Part shown: positions 16,784 through 25,021 of the stretch, piece after piece | Numbering within the stretch: position 1 is the stretch's first letter | How the letters are laid out: each line of letters begins with the position of its first letter | From: Christensenellales bacterium | GTDB lineage: Bacteria; Bacillota; Clostridia; Christensenellales; CAG-138 | Length of the DNA: 64,000 bases | Direction of reading: 5' to 3' | Assembly: GCA_045114775.1 (NCBI GenBank) | Contig: JBGULC010000023.1 | Coordinates: forward strand, 17,364-81,363 | Notes under the pieces: generated by a model | Databases searched by the model: none | Told to the model about the DNA's origin: nothing | Seen by the model: only the letters and a program-made list of their open reading frames with translations | Program-made: the position numbers and the translations under genes

Positions 16784-17719
16784 TCAGTCGAGGTTGAAGT
16801 CGTTGACGTCGTCAATGGATTCGCCGCCGATGCCGGGACCGACACGACCTGCGATCAGGTAGCAGCGCTCGATCGGGTCATAGACGATGCGGTGCAGGAG
16901 ACGGAACTCATCGACCTTTCCGGTTGAGGAAACGTGCGTGCGCGGACCGGTGCAGGGATGCACGATCTCGCCGATCTTCACATGCCCGTCGTCGACATAG
17001 GTGATCGGCAGGTCGGATGCGATCGCGGTGCTGACCTTCAATTCGAGTTCGTCAAGGTCGACGTCCGGCTCACGGTCGTCGAACGCGAGCAAAAATCCGT
17101 GCTTGATGTCACGATGCCGCGCGCGCTTATACTCCTCCTCCGGCAGGAAGATCTCACAAAGGTCCTCGGCGGTGTGCGCCATGCGGCGGAACACGATCGA
17201 CTTTGCGACCTTGTCGTGAAGCTCGCTCGGAAGCGGTCCGAAGATGGTGGGACGGGATACGATGATCTCATCGCCGACGCCGATCATCAGGTCGGCGTTG
17301 CGCTCGTTCAGAAACGGATAGATCATGTCGAAATGCTCGACGATGACGCGCTTGCCCTTTCGGATCGCCTCTAAGATCGCCTCAGCCAGCACGCCGAGCT
17401 GCGTGAACGCCGCCTCGAAGCGGATGTCGACGTGATACGTGTGCGCCGTGAAGAAGCCGGAGCCCTCGAGGTCGAGGATCGGCAGCGGACGCACATTCAC
17501 GCCGTCGTCGTCGTTCGTCAGTTCGAGTCCGGGGAACATGCCCTTGATCAGCATGCTCTTGCCGGAGCCCGCCTCGCCGATGATGCCGATCAGCTTGTCG
17601 AACGGCGACAGATAAAGCTGCGCGATCTGCATACCGAGATCGTACATGCGGTCGCGGCCTCTCGGCGCGAAAAAGACGCTGTAGGAATGGTTTTGCTGCA
17701 TTCTTCCGGAATACGACAT
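16784..17719 (-). CDS. P-loop (Walker A GEAGSGKS) protein with a C-terminal region resembling the AlaRS second additional domain (tRNA_SAD); function unknown
   Basis: Walker A motif present. The C-terminus PCTGPRTHVSSTGKVDEFRLLHRI resembles the C-G-G-T-H-V..TG.IG.F.I block of AlaX/AlaRS editing domains. SD AGGAGG lies 8 nt before ATG 17719. Confidence 0.5.
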   Translation of the reverse strand: MSYSGRMQQNHSYSVFFAPRGRDRMYDLGMQIAQLYLSPFDKLIGIIGEAGSGKSMLIKGMFPGLELTNDDDGVNVRPLPILDLEGSGFFTAHTYHVDIRFEAAFTQLGVLAEAILEAIRKGKRVIVEHFDMIYPFLNERNADLMIGVGDEIIVSRPTIFGPLPSELHDKVAKSIVFRRMAHTAEDLCEIFLPEEEYKRARHRDIKHGFLLAFDDREPDVDLDELELKVSTAIASDLPITYVDDGHVKIGEIVHPCTGPRTHVSSTGKVDEFRLLHRIVYDPIERCYLIAGRVGPGIGGESIDDVNDFNLD

Positions 17720-17922
17720 GGGGCGTTCCTCCTGGGGTGTTTTGTGCATTTATTATAATACAACTTCCGCCGTTTCTCAACGGGGAAATACTTTATATTA
17801 TCCGAAACAACCTGCCTTTCCTCGGTTTTCGCGGCATTCCGGTATTGAATGTTTCCCTGTCCGGCGTTATAATACAAATATCTGTGGATGTATTTCCGAA
17901 AGAACACTTACGGAGGGGAATT

Positions 17923-18804
17923 ATGCGAAGAAGCATGCTCTTTTTGCCGGGCAACACGCCGAACATGATCATCAACGGCGACGCGCTCGGCGCAGACAGC
18001 ATCATCCTGGACCTTGAAGACGCCGTCTCGCCGGACGAGAAGGACGCGGCGCGGCTTCTGGTCCGCAGCGCGATCGAGGAAATGGGCTTTGCGGGCGTGG
18101 AGATCACGGTCCGCATCAACGCGATCGACACCGCCTACTGGCAGGACGACCTCGAGGCGATCGTACCCTTGAAGCCCGATCTCATCATGCCGCCGAAGGC
18201 TTCGAGCGCGGCGGATATGCAGACGATCGACGCATACATTGCGGGCATTGAGCAGAAATGCGGCATGGCGGTCGGCACCGTCAGGCTGATCCCGCTGATC
18301 GAAACGGCGCTCGGCGTGGAGCGCGCGTTTGAGATCGCTTCCGCCTGCCCGCGCGTGACCGCGCTGTTTTTGGGCGGCGAGGACCTGACGGCGGACCTTC
18401 GCTGCAAGCGCACCAAGGGCGGCAACGAGATCGACTACGCCAGAAAGCGCCTCGTCTGCGCGGCACGGGCCGCCGGGATCGACGTCTACGACACGCCGTT
18501 CACCGACGTCAACGACGACGAAGGGATCGTCGTCGACGCGGAGTACGCAAAGAGCCTCGGCTTTACCGGAAAGTCCGCGATCGCGCCGCGGCACGTGCGC
18601 ACGATCAATGAGGTGTTCAGCCCGACGCTTGCGGACATTGAGAACGCAAAGCTCGTGTTCGAAGCGATCCGCATCGGAAAGCTGCAGGGCAAAGGCGCGG
18701 TCTCCTTACGTGGGAAGATGATCGACAAGCCGATCGTGGAGCGCGCGCGGCAGACTTTAGAAGCTGCAAAACAGCTCGGACTCGGAGGGCTCGAAGATGA
18801 ATAA
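17923..18804 (+). CDS. citE: Citrate-lyase beta subunit-like (citryl-/citramalyl-/malyl-CoA lyase, HpcH/CitE family)
   Basis: MRRSMLFLPGN..DSIILDLEDAV is the CitE signature. SD GGAGGGG upstream. The track N-terminal extension lies in AT-rich promoter DNA. Confidence 0.8.
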   Translation: MRRSMLFLPGNTPNMIINGDALGADSIILDLEDAVSPDEKDAARLLVRSAIEEMGFAGVEITVRINAIDTAYWQDDLEAIVPLKPDLIMPPKASSAADMQTIDAYIAGIEQKCGMAVGTVRLIPLIETALGVERAFEIASACPRVTALFLGGEDLTADLRCKRTKGGNEIDYARKRLVCAARAAGIDVYDTPFTDVNDDEGIVVDAEYAKSLGFTGKSAIAPRHVRTINEVFSPTLADIENAKLVFEAIRIGKLQGKGAVSLRGKMIDKPIVERARQTLEAAKQLGLGGLEDE

Positions 18805-20203
18805 GATCCGTCAATCCATTCGCGAGGCAATTCTCGACAGCGGTCTTCAAAGCGGCATGACCGTTTCGTTCCACCACCATCTCCGCAACGGCGATTTCGT
18901 GCTGAACATGGTGATGGACGAGATCGCGAATCTCGGCATCCGCGACCTCACCCTGAACGCAAGCTCGCTCTTCGACACGCACGCGCCGTTGAAGGAACAC
19001 ATCAAAAACGGCGTCGTGACGAAGATCCTGACGGACTACATGTCCGCGGGCTTAGGAAGCTTTATCTCCGCCGGCGGCATGGAAAATCCAGTCGAATTCC
19101 GCACGCACGGCGGCAGGCCCGCCGACATCGAAAACGGCAGAACGCCGATCGATGTGGCGTTCATCGCGGCGCCCGCCTGTGATCCGATGGGCAACTGCAC
19201 CGGCAAGTACGGACGGTCCGCCTGCGGTTCTCTGGGCTACGCGATCCCCGACGCGAAGCACGCGAAGTTCGTCGTGGCGATCACGGACGAGCTGCACCCC
19301 TATCCGCTTTGCGATTGGTCGATCCCGGAGACCGACGTGGACGCGGTGGTCGTCGTGGATTCGATCGGCGATCCGAAGGGCATTGTGTCCGGCACGACCA
19401 AGATCACACGCGATCCCGTGGGCCTTCTGATGGCGCAATCCGCGGTCGACGTCATCAAAGCGTCCGGGCTATTGAGGGAGGGCTTCAGCTTCCAGACCGG
19501 CGCTGGCGGCGCTTCGCTGGCGGCGGCGAAGTACCTCAAAGATCTGATGCTCAAGGAAAAGATCCGCGGAAGCTTCGGCCTCGGCGGGATTACGGGATAC
19601 CTCGTCGACATGCTGAACGAGGGCTGTTTCGACGCGCTGATGGACGTGCAGTGCTTCGACCTCAAGGCCGTTGAATCCATCCGCACGAATCCGAAGCACT
19701 GTGAGATCTCCGCGACGCAGTACGCCTCGCCGTTTAGTAAAAGCGCGGTCGTCGACTCGCTCGACGTCGTGATCCTCGGCGCAACGCAGCTCGATACGGA
19801 CTTCAACGTCAACGTGCACACCGACTCGAACGGCAGCATCATGGGCGGCTCCGGCGGTCACAGCGATACGGCGGCAGGCGCAAAGCTTTCGATGATCATC
19901 GCGCCGCTGTCCCGTGCGCGGCTTCCGATCGTGACCGACCGTGTGACCTGCATCTCTACCCCCGGCAGCACGATCGACGTGCTGGTGACGCAGAAGGGCG
20001 TTGCGGTCAATCCGAAGGATCGGGAGCTTGCGTTGCGTCTCATCGATGCGGGCATTCACGTGGTCGACATCCACGAGCTGAAGGAGCTTGCGGAGCGCGT
20101 CAGCGGCGTTCCCGCAAAGCCGCGGCTCGGCGAAAAGATCGTCGCCGACATTATCTATCGCGACGGCACGGTGATCGACCGCATCCGGGAGATCAAGGCA
20201 TAA
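18797..20203 (+). CDS. citF: Citrate-lyase alpha subunit-like CoA-transferase
   Basis: Collinear similarity to enterobacterial CitF as I remember it (GMTVSFHHH, HGGR, CGSLGYA, QTGAGGASLA, GGSGGH). About 40 aa shorter at the N-terminus. 8-nt overlap with citE. Confidence 0.85.
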   Translation: MNKIRQSIREAILDSGLQSGMTVSFHHHLRNGDFVLNMVMDEIANLGIRDLTLNASSLFDTHAPLKEHIKNGVVTKILTDYMSAGLGSFISAGGMENPVEFRTHGGRPADIENGRTPIDVAFIAAPACDPMGNCTGKYGRSACGSLGYAIPDAKHAKFVVAITDELHPYPLCDWSIPETDVDAVVVVDSIGDPKGIVSGTTKITRDPVGLLMAQSAVDVIKASGLLREGFSFQTGAGGASLAAAKYLKDLMLKEKIRGSFGLGGITGYLVDMLNEGCFDALMDVQCFDLKAVESIRTNPKHCEISATQYASPFSKSAVVDSLDVVILGATQLDTDFNVNVHTDSNGSIMGGSGGHSDTAAGAKLSMIIAPLSRARLPIVTDRVTCISTPGSTIDVLVTQKGVAVNPKDRELALRLIDAGIHVVDIHELKELAERVSGVPAKPRLGEKIVADIIYRDGTVIDRIREIKA

Positions 20204-20213
20204 GGAGCAGAAC

Positions 20214-21053
20214 ATGAGAGAAATTCAGGCAAAACAAATCACCGAGGCGGTGGCGCGGCTTGCGATCGAAGCAAACTGCGTGCTCCCGTGCGACATCAAA
20301 AGCCGCATCGAGGACGCGCGGGCAAACGAACCCTGGCCGACCGCGCAGGGCATCCTCGATAAGATCATCGAAAACTACGGCATTGCCGAGCGGAACACCG
20401 TCCCGATCTGCCAGGACACCGGCGTGTGCTGCGTATTTTTGAAGATCGGTCAGGACGTGCACATCGAAGGCGATCTCAAAGCCGCCGTCGACGAGGGCGT
20501 GCGGAAGGGCTACGGCGAAGGGTATCTCCGTAAATCCGTGGTCGCCGATCCGCTGCGCCGGGTCAACACCGGCGACAACACGCCCGCCATGCTCTATACG
20601 GAGCTCGTGCCGGGCGACAGGCTTGAGATCACGGTCGCGCCGAAGGGCTTTGGCAGCGAGAACATGAGCAGATTGGCGATGCTCAAGCCCAGCGACGGCG
20701 TGGAAGGCGTCAAGGCGTTCATCCTGAAGACCGTTGAGGAAGCGGGACCGAACCCCTGTCCGCCCGTGATCGTGGGCGTCGGCATCGGCGGCACGTTCGA
20801 CAAGGCGGCGTATCTCGCCAAGAAAGCGCTGATGCGAAGCACGGACGAGCGCAACGCGGATCCGTTCTATGCCGATCTCGAAGCGGAACTGCTCGAAAAG
20901 ATCAACGCGCTCGGCGTCGGACCGCAGGGCTTCGGCGGACGCACCACTGCGCTTGCGGTGAACATCGAATGGATGCCGACGCACATTGCGGGGCTGCCCG
21001 TTGCGGTCAACATCAACTGCCACGTGACGCGGCATAAGACGGTCGTGCTGTGA
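20214..21053 (+). CDS. Fe-S type hydro-lyase alpha subunit (class I fumarase / tartrate dehydratase / mesaconase family)
   Basis: Contains the ICQDTG motif. 279 aa, followed by the beta subunit. Confidence 0.8.
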   Translation: MREIQAKQITEAVARLAIEANCVLPCDIKSRIEDARANEPWPTAQGILDKIIENYGIAERNTVPICQDTGVCCVFLKIGQDVHIEGDLKAAVDEGVRKGYGEGYLRKSVVADPLRRVNTGDNTPAMLYTELVPGDRLEITVAPKGFGSENMSRLAMLKPSDGVEGVKAFILKTVEEAGPNPCPPVIVGVGIGGTFDKAAYLAKKALMRSTDERNADPFYADLEAELLEKINALGVGPQGFGGRTTALAVNIEWMPTHIAGLPVAVNINCHVTRHKTVVL

Positions 21054-21063
21054 GGTGAACGAT

Positions 21064-21618
21064 ATGGAACGAAAGATTCAGCTCCCCATCACGCGGGAAA
21101 CGGCAAGAACGATCAAGAGCGGCGAAAGCTGCCTGCTTTCCGGCGTCATCTACACCGCGCGCGACGCGGCGCATAAACGGCTTTGCGAGCTTTTGAAGGA
21201 CGGCAAGCCCCTGCCCTTCAACGTGAAGGACGCCACGATCTATTACGTCGGCCCGACCCCCGCAAAGCCGGGACAGGTGATCGGCTCGGCCGGACCGACG
21301 ACAAGCTACCGCATGGATGCGTATTCCCCCGCCATGATCGCGGCGGGCGAGACCGGCATGATCGGCAAGGGCAAACGCAGCGCCGAGGTCGTCGCCGCCA
21401 TGAAGGAACACGGCGCGGTGTACTTCGCCGCAATCGGCGGCGCAGGCGCGCTTCTAAGTAGCTGCATCAAAAAGGCGGAGATCGTCTGTTACGAGGATCT
21501 CGGCGCGGAAGCGGTCAGAAGGCTCGAGGTCGAAAATCTCCCGGTCGTCTGCGTGATCGACAGCGAGGGAAACAATCTCTACGAAACCGGTCGCAAGGCG
21601 TATCTTGCGACGCTGTAA
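21064..21618 (+). CDS. Fe-S type hydro-lyase beta subunit
   Basis: GVIYTARDAAHKRL and MIGKGKR motifs match TtdB/FumB C-terminal domains. ATG 21064 follows SD GAGGTG. Confidence 0.8.
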   Translation: MERKIQLPITRETARTIKSGESCLLSGVIYTARDAAHKRLCELLKDGKPLPFNVKDATIYYVGPTPAKPGQVIGSAGPTTSYRMDAYSPAMIAAGETGMIGKGKRSAEVVAAMKEHGAVYFAAIGGAGALLSSCIKKAEIVCYEDLGAEAVRRLEVENLPVVCVIDSEGNNLYETGRKAYLATL

Positions 21619-21629
21619 GCTTTTATACG

Positions 21630-21660
21630 AAAAAGGACTGCCCGCGCGGGCAGTCTTTTT
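21630..21660. terminator. Bidirectional intrinsic terminator
   Basis: GACTGCCCG-C-CGGGCAGTC stem flanked by A5 and T5. Confidence 0.7.
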
Positions 21661-21675
21661 CATGTCGTTTCTTCT

Positions 21676-22884
21676 TTACACCGCCGGGGCAAGTGCCTCC
21701 TGCGTGCCGATCGAATTTGCGACAAGCGCGTCGCAGTCCGCTTCGGACAGCTCGCAATGGTAGAACAGCCTGAAATACGCCGCGACCTCGGTATAGAGAT
21801 CGTAGTCCGCGGCGTCTGGATACAGAAGTTTTGCCATCCAGAGCATACCGAGGATCCGCTGTACGGACGGCGGGAAGCCCATCCAGTTGTACGGTCCCAT
21901 CGGGACTTCGTAATATGCCCCGTTCCTGATCGCGGTGATCCCGCTCCATAGCGGATCCTCGCCGACCGTCGCGTAGATACTGCCCGGCGCAAACAGGATC
22001 ACGTCCGGGTTCCAGAGCATGATCTGCTCCATATCGACCTCGTTGCCGGTGCCCTTACTGGACGGACTGTCCACAACGGCGAGATTGTTGCTCAACAGGT
22101 CGATGACCTCCGCGTGATAGCTGCCCTGCGCGATCACGTTCAGCCCCTGATCGCCGGTGATGTACAGAAGGTTTTCCTTTTCGACGGTGTCCGCAAGCTT
22201 CGCGATCCTTTCGTACGTTGTATCACAGTATACCGCAAGCGCTTCCGCTTCGTCCGACATATGTAAAAGCTCGCCGAGCTTGCGGTATGCGTCGCCCATC
22301 GTGGCGGTCGTCATGGTGACGTGCACGAACGGAATGCCCGTCTGTTCGGTCAGCGCGTCGAGATCCTCCTTGATAGATCCTTTCGGCTCCCCGACGTCGA
22401 TCACGACCTGCGCGCCGGAAGCAAGCAGCGTTTCAAGGTTCAGCTCGCCCTTGCCGCCGTACAGCTGTCCGAGCTCCGGCAACTGATAGTATTCTGTCGC
22501 AAGGAACTGTTCCGCGGACTTGTCCCACTTCGACGCGATGCCGACAAGCCGATCCGGGCACAGCGCAAACACAACGATCTGCGCCAGCGGTCCGGAAATC
22601 GCGACGCGCTCAATGTTTATCGGAAGCTCCACCTCCCGTCCGACGGAATCCGTGAAAAAGAAGGTCTCGGGACCTGCCGGCTCGGGTTCGACCGATTCAG
22701 CCGGCTCTTCGGTCGGTTCCGGTTCCGCGACCGGTTCGGGTTCCGCGACCGGTTCGGGTTCCGGCGCGGCGGTCGGCGCCGCATCATCCGGCACGGGCGC
22801 CGGTTCCGGTTCGTTCGTCTTTGCGCATCCGACGAGCGCAAACAGCATGCAAAGCGCAAGGAGCGCTGCGATCTTTTTTTTCAT
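21676..22884 (-). CDS. ABC transporter substrate-binding lipoprotein (FecB/BtuF-type, iron-complex or corrinoid class)
   Basis: Signal peptide plus lipobox LVGC, a PEPV/PEPE linker, and a Peripla_BP_2-like body. Confidence 0.8.
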   Translation of the reverse strand: MKKKIAALLALCMLFALVGCAKTNEPEPAPVPDDAAPTAAPEPEPVAEPEPVAEPEPTEEPAESVEPEPAGPETFFFTDSVGREVELPINIERVAISGPLAQIVVFALCPDRLVGIASKWDKSAEQFLATEYYQLPELGQLYGGKGELNLETLLASGAQVVIDVGEPKGSIKEDLDALTEQTGIPFVHVTMTTATMGDAYRKLGELLHMSDEAEALAVYCDTTYERIAKLADTVEKENLLYITGDQGLNVIAQGSYHAEVIDLLSNNLAVVDSPSSKGTGNEVDMEQIMLWNPDVILFAPGSIYATVGEDPLWSGITAIRNGAYYEVPMGPYNWMGFPPSVQRILGMLWMAKLLYPDAADYDLYTEVAAYFRLFYHCELSEADCDALVANSIGTQEALAPAV

Positions 22885-23672
22885 TTTGCTTTTCCTCCTG
22901 TTGTATTGCTTGAAACAGGCAGGATCACCGATCCTCCCGGCGTTTCAAAGAGATTGACGCTGGTACCGTACAGCGTTTTGAGAAGTTCGGTTGTCAGGGT
23001 TTCTTCGACGCCGCCGAATGCCGCAACGCACCCCTCGTGCAAAGCAAGTACCCGGTCCGCGTACCACAGCGCGTGCTGCGGGTTGTGGGTCGAAAGCAAC
23101 ACCGTATAGCCGTCCCCTGCGAGGTCCTTGACCACGTCCAGCACGCGGAGCTGATTCCCGTAGTCGAGCGAGGAAGTCGGCTCGTCCATCAAAAGGACCT
23201 TTGCCTGCTGCGCAAGCGCGCGTGCAATGTACGCAAGCTGCTGTTCGCCGCCGGAAAGCGTGTCGAACATGCGGTCCGAAAGCTTTCCGATCCCGAGCCG
23301 GTCGAGGGCTTCGCCCGCCGCCCGTTCCTGCGCCCTGCCCGGCGAACCGAACGGGGACAGCGTGTGCGACGTGCCCATCAGCACCGTGTCGCGCACGGAG
23401 AAGCGGAACGTCATCCCGTGCGTCTGCGGAATATAGGCGACGCGATGCGCGCGCTCGCGCGGGGAGAGCGTTCCTGCGTCGGTCCCGTCGATTTCGATCG
23501 TGCCGGAATATCGCTTTTGTTCGCCCAGGATGCAGCGGAACAGGGTCGTTTTGCCGACGCCGTTCGGTCCGAGGATCGCAAGCAGCTCGCCGGGCGCGGT
23601 GTCGAACGTGACGCCCGAAAGCACCGGCGTTTTTTGATATGCAAAGCGGAGATCGCGAACGGAAAGGCTCAT
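22881..23672 (-). CDS. ABC transporter ATP-binding protein (FecE/BtuD-type)
   Basis: GPNGVGKTT Walker A, LSGGEQQ signature, LLMDEP Walker B. Confidence 0.85.
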   Translation of the reverse strand: MSLSVRDLRFAYQKTPVLSGVTFDTAPGELLAILGPNGVGKTTLFRCILGEQKRYSGTIEIDGTDAGTLSPRERAHRVAYIPQTHGMTFRFSVRDTVLMGTSHTLSPFGSPGRAQERAAGEALDRLGIGKLSDRMFDTLSGGEQQLAYIARALAQQAKVLLMDEPTSSLDYGNQLRVLDVVKDLAGDGYTVLLSTHNPQHALWYADRVLALHEGCVAAFGGVEETLTTELLKTLYGTSVNLFETPGGSVILPVSSNTTGGKAK

Positions 23673-24712
23673 AGCGTTTTCTCCTTTCGCAGCAAAAGCC
23701 AGATGAAGAACGGCGCGCCGATCACCGCGGTGAGGATGCCGATCGGGATCTCGGTCGCAAGGAGGTTCCTCGACACGTCGTCAACAAGCAGCAGAAACGA
23801 TGCGCCCGTGAGCATGGAGCACGGCAGAAGCCCGCGATGATCGCTGCCGACGAGCTTTCTCGAAAGGTGCGGGATCACAAGCCCCACCCAGCCGATCACG
23901 CCGGACACGGCGATCGCCGCCGCGGTGACGAGCGTTGCGCAGAGGATCAGCACCGCGCGCAAAAGGTCGGTGTTCACGCCGAGCGCCTTTGCCTCGCTGT
24001 CGCCGAGGGACAGCAGGTTCAGCCGCCAGCGAAGCAGCAGCAGCGGCACAAGTCCGATCGCCATCGGCACCGCTGCGGTCTGGATCGCGGAAAGCCTTGT
24101 GCCGGACAAAGAGCCTAATAGCCAGTAGGTGATCGCAGGAAGCTGATTACTTGGATCCGCGACGAGCTTCAGATAGGACGTGCCCGCCGAAAACAGCGAG
24201 CCGATCATGATGCCCGCAAGGATCAGGTTGACCGTCCGAAGCCCCGGCGCGCGCTGCGCGATCAGAAACACAAGCGCAACGGTGAGCAGCGCGCCGAGAA
24301 ACGCAAAGACGGTGATGTATTTTTGAGAACAGCCCAAAAGGATCGCAAGCGCCGCCCCGAACGCCGCACCGTTCGACGCGCCGAGGATGTCCGGCGACGC
24401 CATCGGGTTACGGAACACGCCCTGAAACGTCGTGCCCGCCGCCGCAAGCGAACAGCCGACGAGGCAAGCCATGACGATGCGCGGCAGGCGCACGCTGACG
24501 ACCGCGTTCTCCATTTGCGGCGTCCATGTGACCGGACCGGAAAGCCCGAACAATGCCCAGAACCGGCGCCAGAGGATGCGGACGACGGTAAAAAGCGGTA
24601 CCGGATAGCGACCGAGTGTGAGCGACACGAGAAAGAGCAGCACAAGCACGCCGCCCGCAATGAGCAGCACCGCCGCGCGCCGTCCCTTCCCCTGCCGTTT
24701 TGTCGTTTCCAT
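23669..24712 (-). CDS. FecCD-family ABC permease
   Basis: 347 aa polytopic protein with typical FecCD sequence. 4-nt overlaps within the operon. Confidence 0.85.
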   Translation of the reverse strand: METTKRQGKGRRAAVLLIAGGVLVLLFLVSLTLGRYPVPLFTVVRILWRRFWALFGLSGPVTWTPQMENAVVSVRLPRIVMACLVGCSLAAAGTTFQGVFRNPMASPDILGASNGAAFGAALAILLGCSQKYITVFAFLGALLTVALVFLIAQRAPGLRTVNLILAGIMIGSLFSAGTSYLKLVADPSNQLPAITYWLLGSLSGTRLSAIQTAAVPMAIGLVPLLLLRWRLNLLSLGDSEAKALGVNTDLLRAVLILCATLVTAAAIAVSGVIGWVGLVIPHLSRKLVGSDHRGLLPCSMLTGASFLLLVDDVSRNLLATEIPIGILTAVIGAPFFIWLLLRKEKTL

Positions 24713-24984
24713 GCTGTCCTCCCGCCGTTATTCTTTGGAAAGTATAACACGTCGGTCGGCTTTGCTGCAAGTAAAACAGTTAATTTCCGTCAATGTCGCA
24801 CATCATTCCGCATTTGCGCAAAAATAGCCTTTTAGACATTGCCGCATGAAGCCGGTGCAAATGCCGCGAACACGGCGCGGGACGATCGGAAAAAAGCGGC
24901 ATCAAGGAGATCTCGCCGGAGGAAGCCGTTTCTCCGCCGAAGCGCGCAGCACCCCTTGGCCGACCCATGCTTACGGATATGCGT

Positions 24985-25013
24985 AAAAAACGAGACGCCG
25001 ATCACGGCGTCCC
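24985..25013 (-). terminator. Intrinsic terminator after the DUF3794/LysM gene
   Basis: Minus strand reads GACGCCG-TGAT-CGGCGTC then TCGTTTTTT. Confidence 0.6.
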
Positions 25014-25021
25014 GCATTTTG

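Noticed and set aside
17737-21618. A small citD (acyl-carrier gamma subunit) ORF hidden within or next to citE-citF.
   Set aside because: The intergenic gaps are 10 nt or less, or the genes overlap. No roughly 95-aa ORF with the conserved Ser-containing CitD pattern was seen in any frame nearby.
24713-24984. Cobalamin riboswitch upstream of the BtuF/FecB-type ABC importer.
   Set aside because: No B12 box / GCCACTG core or conserved GGGAA..GGTG blocks could be found on the minus strand. The region is kept only as an unexplained leader.
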